DNA of 48,475 nucleotides from an uncultured bacterium (lineage in GTDB: Bacteria > CAYJRR01). A program made the position numbers and the translations under genes. The DNA is taken from positions 1 to 48,475 of the forward strand of contig CAYJRR010000017.1 in assembly GCA_964372275.1 (NCBI GenBank), in the 5' to 3' direction. Shown here piece by piece: positions 18,654 through 28,272 of this stretch. Every line of letters starts with the position of its first letter. The first letter of the stretch is position 1. The notes beneath the pieces are model-generated. The model had not been told where the DNA came from and ran no database searches. It saw only the letters and a list, made by a program, of their open reading frames with translations.

Positions 18654-19259
18654 ATGCCCCATCGGTCGCACCGCCGGCTCCTCCTGCTCGTGGCGACGGC
18701 GTCCGCGCTGCACCTCGCCCCCGTCGCGCAGGCGGCGCCGCCGCGGGCGGCGGCCGCGAGCGTCACGGCCGGCGGTGGGTTCGCGAACGCGTCCGCGCGT
18801 CGCGCCTCGGGCGCCGACGCGATTGCCGACGGGCGGGTCGACCTCGCGCGCCGAATCGTCTGGCAACGCCGGCGCGCCGACCACGCGCTCGCGGCGGGCG
18901 GGCCGGATGGGCTCGCCGTCTTCCTCGCCTTCTCGCGACGCGCCGACGCCGACGAAGAGAGGCTCCGGCGAAAGGCGGGAGACGGCGCCGCATCGAGCCT
19001 GCTGCGCGCCGCCTCCGGGTGGTCGCCGCGCACCGACGCCGAGCGCGATCTCGAGATCGCGAAACGGATCGTCCTCGAACGTCGCGTCGCCGCCGCCGGG
19101 CGGGCCGAGGGCGGTGTGCACGGCGCCCGCGTGCAGGCGGCGCTCGACGCGAGCGCCGACCGGGTCGAGCAACGGCTCCGTTCCCGTCGTCCCGCCGACG
19201 CCGATCGCCTCCTCGACCGAGCCCGACTCGTCATCGAACGGCCGCTCGCGCCGCGTTGA
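18654..19259 (+). CDS. Hypothetical secreted, Arg/Ala-rich helical protein
   Basis: Signal peptide HRRLLLLVATASALHLAPVAQA; fills the gap between convergent neighbours; sigma54-like promoter just upstream. Confidence 0.55.
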   Translation: MPHRSHRRLLLLVATASALHLAPVAQAAPPRAAAASVTAGGGFANASARRASGADAIADGRVDLARRIVWQRRRADHALAAGGPDGLAVFLAFSRRADADEERLRRKAGDGAASSLLRAASGWSPRTDAERDLEIAKRIVLERRVAAAGRAEGGVHGARVQAALDASADRVEQRLRSRRPADADRLLDRARLVIERPLAPR

Positions 19260-19282
19260 GAGGTCCACCGCGGAGCCGCGGG

Positions 19283-20137
19283 TCAGCGCGCGCGGATCCG
19301 CGGACGGTCGGACGCCGCGCCGCAGGACGCGGCCGGCAGGCGGTCGTTCCCGTTCACCCGTTTCGACGCCCGGTACTCCTTGCGGGCACGGGGAAGAACC
19401 GCCTTCAGGTCGCGGATGCGGTGCTCGGTCGACGGATGGGTGGAGAGGAACTCCGGCGGACTGCCGCCGTTCTTCGTCGCCTTCTGGAATCGCTCCCAGA
19501 AGCCGACCGCCTCCTCCGGGTCGTATCCGGCCCGCGCCATCAGCACCATCCCGATCTCGTCCGCCTCCGACTCCATCTCGCGCCCGTAGGGCATCAGCAC
19601 GCCGAGCGCCGCGCCGGCGCCGAGCGAGCCGACGATCACGTCACGGTTTTTCGAGTCCCCGACGGAAAGGCTCGCCGCGGTGAGGCCGAGCTGGACCAGC
19701 ATCCCCTGGCTTACCCGTTCCGCGCCGTGCCGGGCGACCGCGTGCGCCACCTCGTGGCCCATCACCGTCGCCAGTCCCGCTTCGGTCCGCGCCGGCTCGA
19801 AGATCCCGGTGTAGACCGCGACCTTCCCTCCGGGCAACGCGAAGGCGTTGAGCGTCTCGCCCGCGTCGATGACGCGGAACTCCCACTTCCAGGTCCGCCG
19901 CCCGGAGACGTTGGCGATGCGGCGGCCGATCCGGGAGACCGCCCCTTGGACGCCGGGGTCGGCGCACACCTTCTCCTCCTTCAACGCCTCTTCGTAGGAG
20001 TCGGCCCCCAGCCGGAGCTCGTCCTTCTCCGACAGGAGCACGAACGCCTTGCGCCCCGTCACCGGCGTCTTGACGCAGGCGAGGAGGAGCGCCGCCACCA
20101 GCACCGTTCGGGTCCGCCGATTCAAGAGTCCGTCCAA
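19283..20137 (-). CDS. M48 family metallopeptidase (lipoprotein)
   Basis: Lipobox LLA-C, NAFALPGGKVAVYTG, HEVAH, ESEAD, FLSTHP. Confidence 0.95.
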   Translation of the reverse strand: MDGLLNRRTRTVLVAALLLACVKTPVTGRKAFVLLSEKDELRLGADSYEEALKEEKVCADPGVQGAVSRIGRRIANVSGRRTWKWEFRVIDAGETLNAFALPGGKVAVYTGIFEPARTEAGLATVMGHEVAHAVARHGAERVSQGMLVQLGLTAASLSVGDSKNRDVIVGSLGAGAALGVLMPYGREMESEADEIGMVLMARAGYDPEEAVGFWERFQKATKNGGSPPEFLSTHPSTEHRIRDLKAVLPRARKEYRASKRVNGNDRLPAASCGAASDRPRIRAR

Positions 20138-20181
20138 CGCCTCCGCTTGATCTCACCGCCCCGAACCCTACGTCAAGATCG

Positions 20182-20439
20182 ATGAACCAGCTGAGCACCA
20201 TTTCCAAGATCCTGCTCGCCTTCGCGCTCGTCGGGGCGATCAACTGGGGGCTCGTCGGCTTCTTCAACTGGAACCTCGTCGACGCCATCTTCGGCGGCGG
20301 TTCGCAGGAGGAGACCAGCGGCCTGAGCCGCTTCCTCTACGCGTTGATCGGCCTGGCCGGGGCGTGGCTCCTGTTCGCGCTCCCGCGCTTCCGCGAGGTT
20401 CCCGGCCGCGTCACCGGCCGGGCCGAGGTCCGCCCGTGA
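20182..20439 (+). CDS. DUF378 (YuzA-like) small membrane protein
   Basis: LVGAINWGLVGFFNWNLVDAIFG...SRFLYALIGLAG. Confidence 0.9.
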   Translation: MNQLSTISKILLAFALVGAINWGLVGFFNWNLVDAIFGGGSQEETSGLSRFLYALIGLAGAWLLFALPRFREVPGRVTGRAEVRP

Positions 20440-21202
20440 CGCCGTCCGCGCCGGCGCCCCGGTCGCGGACCGTCCAGTAACGCTCCTCGCGCACCTGCCG
20501 TTCGGGAACGCCGGCCCGCCGGAGGATGGCTCGCGCGTTCTCGACCATGCGGGGATTTCCGCACAGGTAGGCGAGCGTACGGGCGGGGAACCGTTCGCTC
20601 CCGTCGGTGAGCTTCCGCAGGACGTCTTCGCACCGACCCCGCTCACCGATCCAGTCCCCCTCCTCCGACGCCCGGCTCAACGTCGGCACGTAGCGCAACC
20701 ACGGCCGATCGACCGCTCGGAGCTCCTCGGCGTAGCCGAGCTCCGCCGTCCGGCTCGCGCCGTGGAGGAGCAGCATCCGCGCGCCACGCCCGACCCGCCG
20801 CTCGTCCGCCCGCAGGTGCCGGATCGCGCTGACGAAGGGGGCGACGCCGGTGACGGTCGCGACCAGCAGGTAGTCGAGCTCCGGCTCCATCGCCGGCAGG
20901 ACGAAGCGACCCTTGGCCGCCGTTCCGAGGAGAACCGACCCACCCCTTTCGAGCGCGGCGAGCCGGCCGCTGAGACGGCCCCCCGGGACCTCTTCCAGGA
21001 AGAACTCGAGCTCCTCCTCGGAGGGGGCGGAGACGATCGAATAGGGCCGCGCCACGACCCGGTCTCCGTCGGCGAGCCCCAACGTCGCGTACTGCCCCGG
21101 TATGTACGACAGCGGTCGCTCCGGCCGCACGCGCATCGTCCACAGCGACTCGGTCAGGCGCCGGATCGCGGTGACCGACGCCGACCGATACGGGTGCTCC
21201 AC
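20411..21202 (-). CDS. fpr: Ferredoxin-NADP+ reductase (bacterial FPR type)
   Basis: PGQYATLG, RPYSIVS (FAD binding), GGRLS, ATVTGVAPF, YLCGNPRM, C-terminal ERYW; start uncertain. Confidence 0.88.
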   Translation of the reverse strand: MEHPYRSASVTAIRRLTESLWTMRVRPERPLSYIPGQYATLGLADGDRVVARPYSIVSAPSEEELEFFLEEVPGGRLSGRLAALERGGSVLLGTAAKGRFVLPAMEPELDYLLVATVTGVAPFVSAIRHLRADERRVGRGARMLLLHGASRTAELGYAEELRAVDRPWLRYVPTLSRASEEGDWIGERGRCEDVLRKLTDGSERFPARTLAYLCGNPRMVENARAILRRAGVPERQVREERYWTVRDRGAGADGVTGGPRPGR

Positions 21203-21329
21203 CGGACGCCGATGGGGATCCCGCCTCGCGCCGCAAGGGGCGATCCGCGGGCGTCGGGCGATTCCCCGGGGCCGTCCCCGGTATCCCTGGCTTGACCGGC
21301 ACGCGAGACGCACTACCTCGCCGGGGACG

Positions 21330-22733
21330 ATGACCGTCCGACGTGCGGGATTGGCGGGGGCCGGCGCGGCACTCGTGGCGGGCCTCGCCCTGCAGACGAT
21401 CGGAGCGGTGCCGGCGGCCGATCCCGAGAGGTTCGAGCTGGCGTCGGTCGCCCCGTTGGTCGACCGCGTCCGTGCCGCGGTGGTGAACGTGGAGGTCGTG
21501 GCGCGGGTCACCGGACGCCCCCGCGGGGACGAGGAGCTGTTCGACCTGTTCTTCGGACCGCGCGATCGCCCGCGCTTCCGGCAGGGGCTGGGGTCGGGCG
21601 TGATCGTCGACCGACGCGGCCGGATCCTGAGCAATCAGCACGTGGTCGAAGGGGCGCAGTCGATCCGCGTCCGTCTCGACGACGGACGCGCCTTCGACGC
21701 TCGTGTCCTCGGCGGCGATTCGTTGACCGACCTGGCGCTCCTGGCGCTCGTCGGCAGCCCCGACGACCTCCCCTCCGTTCCACTGGGCGATTCGGACGCG
21801 CTGCGCGTCGGCGACGGATTGGTCGCGATCGGAAACCCGTTCGGCCTCGCCTCCAGCGTCAGCGTCGGAATCCTTTCCGCGCGCGCGCGCGATATCCAGC
21901 TCGGTCCCCTGGACGACTTCCTCCAGACCGACGCGGCGATCAATCCGGGAAACTCCGGCGGCCCGCTCTTCTCCGGACGGGGCGAGGTGGTGGGGATCGC
22001 CACGGCGATCGTCGGTGGCGGATCGGGCATCGGCTTCGCCGTCCCGTCGAACACCGCGCGCACGCTCCTGCCTCAACTCGAGACGGGCGCGCCGGTCCGG
22101 CGAGGGTGGCTCGGCCTCGCGGCACAGGACCTGACACCGGACCTCGCCCGTGCGCTCGGCGTTCCGGTCCACCGCGGCGCGGTGGTGGCGGAGGTCGTCC
22201 CGGGCTCGCCCGCCGACCGTGCCGATCTCCGTGGCGATGACGTCGTGACCTCGCTCGACGGAAAACCGATCGACGGCGCGCAAGGGCTGACGCGGCGCGT
22301 GGCGATGGTGCCGCCGGGGACCGACGTCCGGATCACGGTCCAACGCGGGGCCTCCCGCCTCGAGCGGGCGGCGACGTTGGGTGCCCGGCCCGATCCCGGA
22401 GAGGTGCAGCCGGTTCGCGGATCCAACCCCCCCGTCCCGGACCGATCCCCCGCGGACGCGATCGGCCTGACCTTCCGCGACGTCGATCCGCGGATCGGCG
22501 CCGCGAGCGGAGCGCCGCCGCGCGGCGCATGGATCACCGACGTCCTTCCCGGGTCGGCGGCCGATCGCGCCGACCTTCGACCCGGGATGGTGGTGGTCGA
22601 AGCCGCCGGCCGCCCGGTTCGCAGCGCCGCCGATCTGGCGCGCAACCTCCGCAACGCGCCACGCGGGTCGGCGCTTCTGCTGCGGATCCGCGTCGACGGC
22701 GCCCGCCTCCTCCGCGCACTCGTCGTCCCGTAG
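21330..22733 (+). CDS. HtrA/DegP-family serine protease with two PDZ domains
   Basis: GSGVIV, SNQHVV (His), TDLALL (Asp), QTDAAINPGNSGG (Ser), RGWLG PDZ start; signal peptide. Confidence 0.95.
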   Translation: MTVRRAGLAGAGAALVAGLALQTIGAVPAADPERFELASVAPLVDRVRAAVVNVEVVARVTGRPRGDEELFDLFFGPRDRPRFRQGLGSGVIVDRRGRILSNQHVVEGAQSIRVRLDDGRAFDARVLGGDSLTDLALLALVGSPDDLPSVPLGDSDALRVGDGLVAIGNPFGLASSVSVGILSARARDIQLGPLDDFLQTDAAINPGNSGGPLFSGRGEVVGIATAIVGGGSGIGFAVPSNTARTLLPQLETGAPVRRGWLGLAAQDLTPDLARALGVPVHRGAVVAEVVPGSPADRADLRGDDVVTSLDGKPIDGAQGLTRRVAMVPPGTDVRITVQRGASRLERAATLGARPDPGEVQPVRGSNPPVPDRSPADAIGLTFRDVDPRIGAASGAPPRGAWITDVLPGSAADRADLRPGMVVVEAAGRPVRSAADLARNLRNAPRGSALLLRIRVDGARLLRALVVP

Positions 22734-22770
22734 TCCGCGCCGTCCCGCTCCGCCGGGAAACCGACACTCC

Positions 22771-23343
22771 CTACCGCGTGACCGGCGGCTCGGCTCCGGC
22801 TTGCCGCCGGGGATCGTCCTTCGGATCGACGTAGACGATCCCCCAAGGACCGGTGCCGTGCAGCTGGATCACCGTTTCGGTGTCGGTCGTCCAGGCGAAG
22901 TGGCGCATCCCGCGCGGGAGGAGCGCGAACCCGCCTGCCGCGAGGGCCGTGCCGGCCGTGGCGTCGAAGCGTTCCCCCATGCCGAGATGGAACTCGCCGG
23001 AGATCACCGATACGTGCTCGTCGGCGGGATGGGAATGCGGCGGGATGCGGTACCCCGGGGGCATCTTCAGCCGCATCGTGAACGGACCGCTGCGCATCGG
23101 GTCGCCCTCCAACAGGGCGATCTCCGCGCCGCGTGGAAGCGCGTTCGGTCCCGGCTGCCACCGGATCCGTTCCGGCGGCAGCAGGACGTGCGTCGCCGGC
23201 GCCTTCGCGGTCTCCGGTGGCGGCGCCTGGCGTCCGGTCGCCCCCTCCGGCCGCGACGCACCCGCCGCGGCGATCCCGGCCAGTCCACCGATCGCCGCCG
23301 CCAATCCGAGAGCCGCACCCCTGTTTCGAACCGGTCGATTCAT
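22771..23343 (-). CDS. Secreted cupin-domain protein (DUF4437-like)
   Basis: LEGDP, RLKMPPGYRIPPHSHPADEHVSVISG, MRHFAW, QLHGTGPW. Confidence 0.88.
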   Translation of the reverse strand: MNRPVRNRGAALGLAAAIGGLAGIAAAGASRPEGATGRQAPPPETAKAPATHVLLPPERIRWQPGPNALPRGAEIALLEGDPMRSGPFTMRLKMPPGYRIPPHSHPADEHVSVISGEFHLGMGERFDATAGTALAAGGFALLPRGMRHFAWTTDTETVIQLHGTGPWGIVYVDPKDDPRRQAGAEPPVTR

Positions 23344-23449
23344 CGTTCCCCCCTCGCTTCGCGACCGATAGGTCGGCCGACGCGGGGATGCACGGCGTCC
23401 GGCACCGGCGGTCGCGCCGGCGCGCCAGGCGCGTTACGCTTCGGGGACG

Positions 23450-24706
23450 TTGACCTCCCGCCGCCTCCTCCTCGCGCTCTCCTTCGCCGGCCCCGTCGTC
23501 GCGATCGCGCTCGTTTGGCTGGTGTGGCGCGCGCTCGATCCCGCCGGAGGCCGGGCCGATCGGCCGTCCGACGGGAGACTGGCCGCCGCCTCGCACCGGG
23601 CGCCGACGTGGTTGCCGTGGCACGACCGGTCGCCCGACCCCGAGACGGCTTCGGCGCTCGCCGCGATCGGCGAGGCGCTGGGCTCCCTCGCCTCCGCGCT
23701 GGCGGCCGACGATCCCGACGGCTCTCGCGCCGCCTCCGACGCGCTGCGCGCCCTCCTCCTCGAACGGCCGGAGTTGGTCTCCGAGGTTGCGCCGGTCCTG
23801 GGCGATCCCCGCGCCGGATCGAGAACGCGCCAGGGGCTGGCGGCGGTGATCGGAACGATGCCGGGCCCGGCCGCGGCGCGCGCGCTCGCCGAAAGCCTCG
23901 GGGCGGGCGACGGAAAGGACGATCCGGCGGTGGAGCGCGCGCTCGTCCTCTCGGCCGGCGCGGCGCGCCTCGACGCCGAGGCGGAGGACGGCTTCGATCG
24001 CGCGGACGTCCCCAACGGCCTCCGCATAGTCGGCGGAATCGGCGTCGTCGTCGACGGTCCGATCGAGGACACGTCGCTCCGCGATGCGGTGGCGATGCGG
24101 CTCTCGGACGCGTCGACGCCCGACGCCGGCGTACGCTGGGCCGCCGCGCGGGCGCTCGGAGGCTCGATCCCCGACCCGGAGATCCGCCGACTCTGCCTCG
24201 AGCGCGTGGCCCTCGAACGCGACGGGGAGGTGCAAGGGGAGCTGGGGGCCGGGCTCGCCGACTGGATCGCGCGACCGGGCGCGGGGGCCGACCGGTCGGT
24301 GGCCGCCGATCGCCTGCTCGAGGTGGCCGCGCGCCCCGACGCCGGCGCGCTCCGTTTCCGGATCGAATCGGCCCTCGGGAGGGCTCCGCTCGACGAGTCG
24401 CAGGAGGCGCGCCTCGCGGCGCAGTCGGCCGACGCCGATCCGGGGACCCGGCTGTTCGCGCTGCAGATCGCGGGATCGCGGCTGCGCGCCGACGGCCCGA
24501 CGAACGCGGCGCTACGCGAGGCGGCGCAGGAGCGCCTGCGCCGCGATCCTCACCCCAAGGTGCGTGCGGCGGCGGCGCGGGCGCTCGCCGGACTCGCCTC
24601 GCGCGACCCCAAGGCGACCGTGGCGCTGGAGGAAGCGGCGAAGGCCGACCGCGAGCCGAGCGTGCGCGCCGCGGCCGCGGCCGCGCTCGGACGCGGCGTA
24701 GATTAG
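23450..24706 (+). CDS. Membrane-anchored HEAT-repeat protein
   Basis: N-terminal TM helix; repeats GVRWAAARALG, DPHPKVRAAAARALA, DREPSVRAAAAAALG. Confidence 0.8.
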   Translation: MTSRRLLLALSFAGPVVAIALVWLVWRALDPAGGRADRPSDGRLAAASHRAPTWLPWHDRSPDPETASALAAIGEALGSLASALAADDPDGSRAASDALRALLLERPELVSEVAPVLGDPRAGSRTRQGLAAVIGTMPGPAAARALAESLGAGDGKDDPAVERALVLSAGAARLDAEAEDGFDRADVPNGLRIVGGIGVVVDGPIEDTSLRDAVAMRLSDASTPDAGVRWAAARALGGSIPDPEIRRLCLERVALERDGEVQGELGAGLADWIARPGAGADRSVAADRLLEVAARPDAGALRFRIESALGRAPLDESQEARLAAQSADADPGTRLFALQIAGSRLRADGPTNAALREAAQERLRRDPHPKVRAAAARALAGLASRDPKATVALEEAAKADREPSVRAAAAAALGRGVD

Positions 24707-25848
24707 AGCGCCGGCGTCGGCTCCGGCGTCGGCGGCGGCTGGACCGCGGCCGAGGCGTCGATGATGCCGATCACGCCGCCGTCGGGGGCCGTCGGACCCG
24801 GCTGCAGGGTCGATTCGATGCGGCCTCGCACCTCCCAATTGGAGCCGTTCCAACCGTTGGCCGTCCAGACCAGGCCGGCGAGCCCGGAGACGAACGGGGT
24901 CGCCATCGAGGTTCCGCTCAGGTAGGCGTACTGGTCGGCCCCCTTGCGGGTCCGAAGGTAGGTCGAAAGGATCGAGCTTCCGGGAGCGGCGACGTCGACC
25001 CAAGGGCCGTAGTTGCTGTAGCTCGCCAGGGCGCGCCCGGCGTCGGTCGCCGCGACGGCGATGCAGTTGTCGTACGCGCCGGGGTACTGCTTCGCGCTGC
25101 TTCCGTTGTTGCCCGCGGCGGCAACGAGCACCGCCCCTTTCCCCCAGGCGTAGTTGACGGCGTTCTCCAACGTCGTGCTCGCGCTGCCGCTGCCGAGCGA
25201 CATGCTGATGACGTTCGCCCCGTTGTCGGCGGCGAAGGTGATCCCGTTGGCGACCCACGACGTGTAGCCGGAGCCGGTGTCGCCCAGCACCTTCACGTTC
25301 ATCAGCGAGCTCGCGAACCCCAGCGCCGCGACCCCTTTCGCGTTGTCGGTCGACGCGCCGGCAATCCCGGCGGTGTGGGTCCCGTGTCCCTGTTTGTCGG
25401 CGGTGGTGCGGCTGGTGGTGAAGTTCTTGTTGAGGACGACCTTGCCGGATAGGTCGGAGTGAAGGGTATCGACTCCGGTGTCGAGGATGGCGATCTTCAC
25501 CGCGCCGCTGCCGGCGGTGACGGACCACGCCGAGTCGGCATGGACCTGGTCGAGGCCGTACTGGTTTGCGCGCAGCGTGTCGCTCACGTCGGCGGTGACG
25601 ACCGCGTCCGCCTCGACGTAGGCGACACCGTCGGCGAGGCGCAGGTGCGACACGGCGGCGGCCGGAAGCCGCGCCGCCAGCGTCCGAAGCGTGTCGTTGC
25701 GGCCGTCGACCTCGCCGCCGTGCGCGGCGACGGTGGCCTCGTTGGGGGTGCCTTCGAATCCGACGATCACGCGGACCGGTTCGGCCCGGGCGGAGCCGGC
25801 GGCGAGCGCCAGGGCGGAGACGAGGGACAGGAGCGGAAGTCGTCGCAT
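24703..25848 (-). CDS. S8 subtilisin-like (thermitase-like) serine protease with propeptide
   Basis: Signal peptide, I9-like prodomain (VAYVEAD), ILDTG (D), GHGTHTAG (H), AAAGN, SGTSMATP (S). Confidence 0.96.
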   Translation of the reverse strand: MRRLPLLSLVSALALAAGSARAEPVRVIVGFEGTPNEATVAAHGGEVDGRNDTLRTLAARLPAAAVSHLRLADGVAYVEADAVVTADVSDTLRANQYGLDQVHADSAWSVTAGSGAVKIAILDTGVDTLHSDLSGKVVLNKNFTTSRTTADKQGHGTHTAGIAGASTDNAKGVAALGFASSLMNVKVLGDTGSGYTSWVANGITFAADNGANVISMSLGSGSASTTLENAVNYAWGKGAVLVAAAGNNGSSAKQYPGAYDNCIAVAATDAGRALASYSNYGPWVDVAAPGSSILSTYLRTRKGADQYAYLSGTSMATPFVSGLAGLVWTANGWNGSNWEVRGRIESTLQPGPTAPDGGVIGIIDASAAVQPPPTPEPTPAL

Positions 25849-25889
25849 GGGGTCACACCTTTCGGTCGATCGAGGAGGCGTCCCGACGA

Positions 25890-25905
25890 AGCAATTCCTG
25901 CGCCT
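25890..25905 (-). promoter_or_regulatory. Putative sigma54 promoter of the subtilisin gene
   Basis: Minus strand AGGCGC-AGGAA-TTGCT (GG-N10-GC), about 42 nt upstream of ATG 25848. Confidence 0.55.
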
Positions 25906-26092
25906 CCAAGGGGCCGGAAACGCTACGCGAGGATCTATCGGTTGTCACTCGATTTCGCTCCCGCCAGGGGGAAAATCGGGCACCGTACCCGATGAAAAAA
26001 CGACTCGTCCGGCGGCCAAACGACCCACCGACTTCCCGGTGCGATCGACGGGTCACACCCCGGGGCGCAGCCGCCGGCGCGGGGTGTTCCCG

Positions 26093-27172
26093 CTACTTTC
26101 GCACGCGCGCGGCGAAAACGCTGTCGAGGCCCGGACCTTCGAGCGAGCCGCCCGTGACGTAGAGGTGATCTCCCGCGAGGACGAGGTCGTGATTGGTGCG
26201 CCCTTCCGGCAGCGGCTCGGTCTCCGCCCAGGCCCCGAGGCCGCCGTCGGCGCCGGCCGCCGCGACGAAGACGGTCGCCTCCCCCGTCGCGCCGAAGATC
26301 GCCTCGCGTCCACCGACGACGAAAACGTAGCCGTCGACGCCGATCGCCTCGCCGAAGGTGCGCGGCGCCGGAAGCGCCGTCGTCGACCGGTCGGCGCCGA
26401 CGGACCGGTCGGAATCGACCGCGGCGACCGAGACCGATCCCACCACCTCGTTCCCCTCCGAGGCGCCGAGGTATCCGCCGATCACGTAGAGCCGGTTCCC
26501 CTCGAAGGCGAACTGGGCCTGGCCGCGAAATCCGATCGACCAGTCGTCGCTCTGCCAGTCGGCGATCCCGTCCCCGTCGATCTCGCCGAGGAGGGTGACC
26601 GACGACTCGTCCCCTTCGACGATCACCGTATCCATCAGATAGAGCGTTCCGTCCTCGATCCAGGCCTCCGACGAGATCGCGCGCCGATCACCCAGATCGC
26701 CCGCCACCGCGAACGTCGACAGCTCACCGCCGCCGGAGAGCGTCGCCGACCAGACCTTCCCCTCGTCGGCCGCGTCCTCGAACAGACCGTCGACCAGGTA
26801 GAGCGTGCGCCCGTCGGCCGCGGCGTTGCATTCGGTCACCGCGCTCGGGGTTCGCCCGGCGAGCCGCCAGGCTCCCAGCGTCCCGTCCGCCTCGATCGGC
26901 GCGGCGTGCACCTCGTCGCTCGTGATCCACTCGTCACCCTCGCGGTAGTTTCCCCCGACGACGACCAGGAAACCGCCGACCGCGGCGCTGCAATGGTTGG
27001 CGCGCGGGTGCGGCATCGGGGCGACCTCGCGCCAGGCGGTGATCGAACCATCGGCGCGTCCCCGCCCTCCCTCCTCGGCCGCGCACGCTGCCGCGACCGA
27101 GACGAGCGGCGCCGCGGCGAGAAGAAACCTCCTCGAGACACCCTTCCGCGAATCGCGATCTCGACCGTGCAT
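26093..27172 (-). CDS. Kelch-repeat protein, possible Tat lipoprotein
   Basis: SRRFLL twin-Arg motif then AAA-C; kelch blades (MPHPRANH..LVVVGG, LYVIGG, LPAPRTF..VFVVGG, LPEGRTNH..LYVTGG). Confidence 0.85.
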   Translation of the reverse strand: MHGRDRDSRKGVSRRFLLAAAPLVSVAAACAAEEGGRGRADGSITAWREVAPMPHPRANHCSAAVGGFLVVVGGNYREGDEWITSDEVHAAPIEADGTLGAWRLAGRTPSAVTECNAAADGRTLYLVDGLFEDAADEGKVWSATLSGGGELSTFAVAGDLGDRRAISSEAWIEDGTLYLMDTVIVEGDESSVTLLGEIDGDGIADWQSDDWSIGFRGQAQFAFEGNRLYVIGGYLGASEGNEVVGSVSVAAVDSDRSVGADRSTTALPAPRTFGEAIGVDGYVFVVGGREAIFGATGEATVFVAAAGADGGLGAWAETEPLPEGRTNHDLVLAGDHLYVTGGSLEGPGLDSVFAARVRK

Positions 27173-27307
27173 CGTTGCCACCTCCGACCGTTCCCTCGCT
27201 CCCCCAAAAAGGTCGGGGCGCCGCGCCTTCGTGCCCTCCCGCGCACGGGAGGAGCGGCGCGCGCGCCCCGTTCCTGGCGATCGCCCTCCCTCGAGGGCGC
27301 GTCGTCC

Positions 27308-27619
27308 CTACGACAGGTGCTTGGCGACCAGCGCCGTCATCTCGAACATCGAGACCTGCTTCTTGCCGCCGAAGATCGCCTTCAGCTTGTCGTCGGCGTT
27401 GATCTGCCGGCGGTTCTTGGTGTCCTGCAGCTTGTTCTTGCGGATGTAGTCCCAGATCTTGCTGGTGACTTCGGTGCGCGGAATCGGCTTCGCGCCGACG
27501 ATCGCCGCGAGCGACTCCGACGGCTGCATCGGCTTCATGAACGCCGCGTTCGGGGTCCGCTTCGAGGTCTTCTTCGTAGGCTTCGTCGACTTCTTCGCCG
27601 TCTTCTTCTTCGCCGCCAT
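27308..27619 (-). CDS. Stand-alone SWIB/MDM2 domain protein with a Lys-rich N-terminus
   Basis: AFMKPMQPSESLAAIVG..PRTEVTSKIWDYIRKNKLQD..INADDKLKAIFGGKKQVSMFEM. Confidence 0.95.
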   Translation of the reverse strand: MAAKKKTAKKSTKPTKKTSKRTPNAAFMKPMQPSESLAAIVGAKPIPRTEVTSKIWDYIRKNKLQDTKNRRQINADDKLKAIFGGKKQVSMFEMTALVAKHLS

Positions 27620-27765
27620 CGGATGAAACTCCCTGTTCAAGGTTGCGGGCGGGTGAGGCCACTCCCCCGTTACGTTCCGCCCATCGAGCGGTGCGCAGCA
27701 TACGCGCATCGGAGCGAAAGGTGGAAGCCTCCTTCGAGGGAGGCTAGGCTTGACGACCCGACGCG

Positions 27766-28272
27766 ATGCTCCGGATCGTCCTCCTCGCCACGCCTCTCCT
27801 CCTCGCCGCCGAGCCGGTTCCGGCTCCGACCGCGGCCGCGACCGTGGCGACTCCGGGCCCTACGCCCACCCCCTCGTTGCAGCCGATCGAGATCCACTCC
27901 GAGCGGTCGGTCTACGAGGGTTCCGGCGCCGAACGCCGGGCAATCCTGTCGGGGAATGTCGTGGCCCGCCAAGGGGATCTGACGATCCGCGCCACCCAGG
28001 TGGAGGCGATCCTCGCCGGTCCCGACAACCGCATCGAACGGGTCGTCGCGCACGGGGGGATCGGCGTCACCTCCGGCGGCCGACACGCCCGCGCCGACCG
28101 TGTGGAGTTCGACAACGCCCGCCGGACACTGGTCCTGTCCGGGGACCCCAAGCTCTGGGACAGGGACACGCGGGTGGTGGGCGAACGGATCGTGCTCCAC
28201 GTCGACGAGGGAACGCTGGAGTGCTTCCGTTGCCGCCTCGACCTGGACCCCGCCCAGCTCCCGAGCCCTTAG
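27766..28272 (+). CDS. lptA: LptA/OstA family periplasmic protein
   Basis: PIEIHSE, LSGNVVARQGDLTIRA, IERVVAHG, LVLSGDPKLW, GERIV. Confidence 0.85.
   Translation: MLRIVLLATPLLLAAEPVPAPTAAATVATPGPTPTPSLQPIEIHSERSVYEGSGAERRAILSGNVVARQGDLTIRATQVEAILAGPDNRIERVVAHGGIGVTSGGRHARADRVEFDNARRTLVLSGDPKLWDRDTRVVGERIVLHVDEGTLECFRCRLDLDPAQLPSP

Noticed and set aside
27726-27745. Hairpin AGCCTCC/GGAGGCT as a terminator
   Set aside because: Lies between divergent genes and has no U-tract on either strand.
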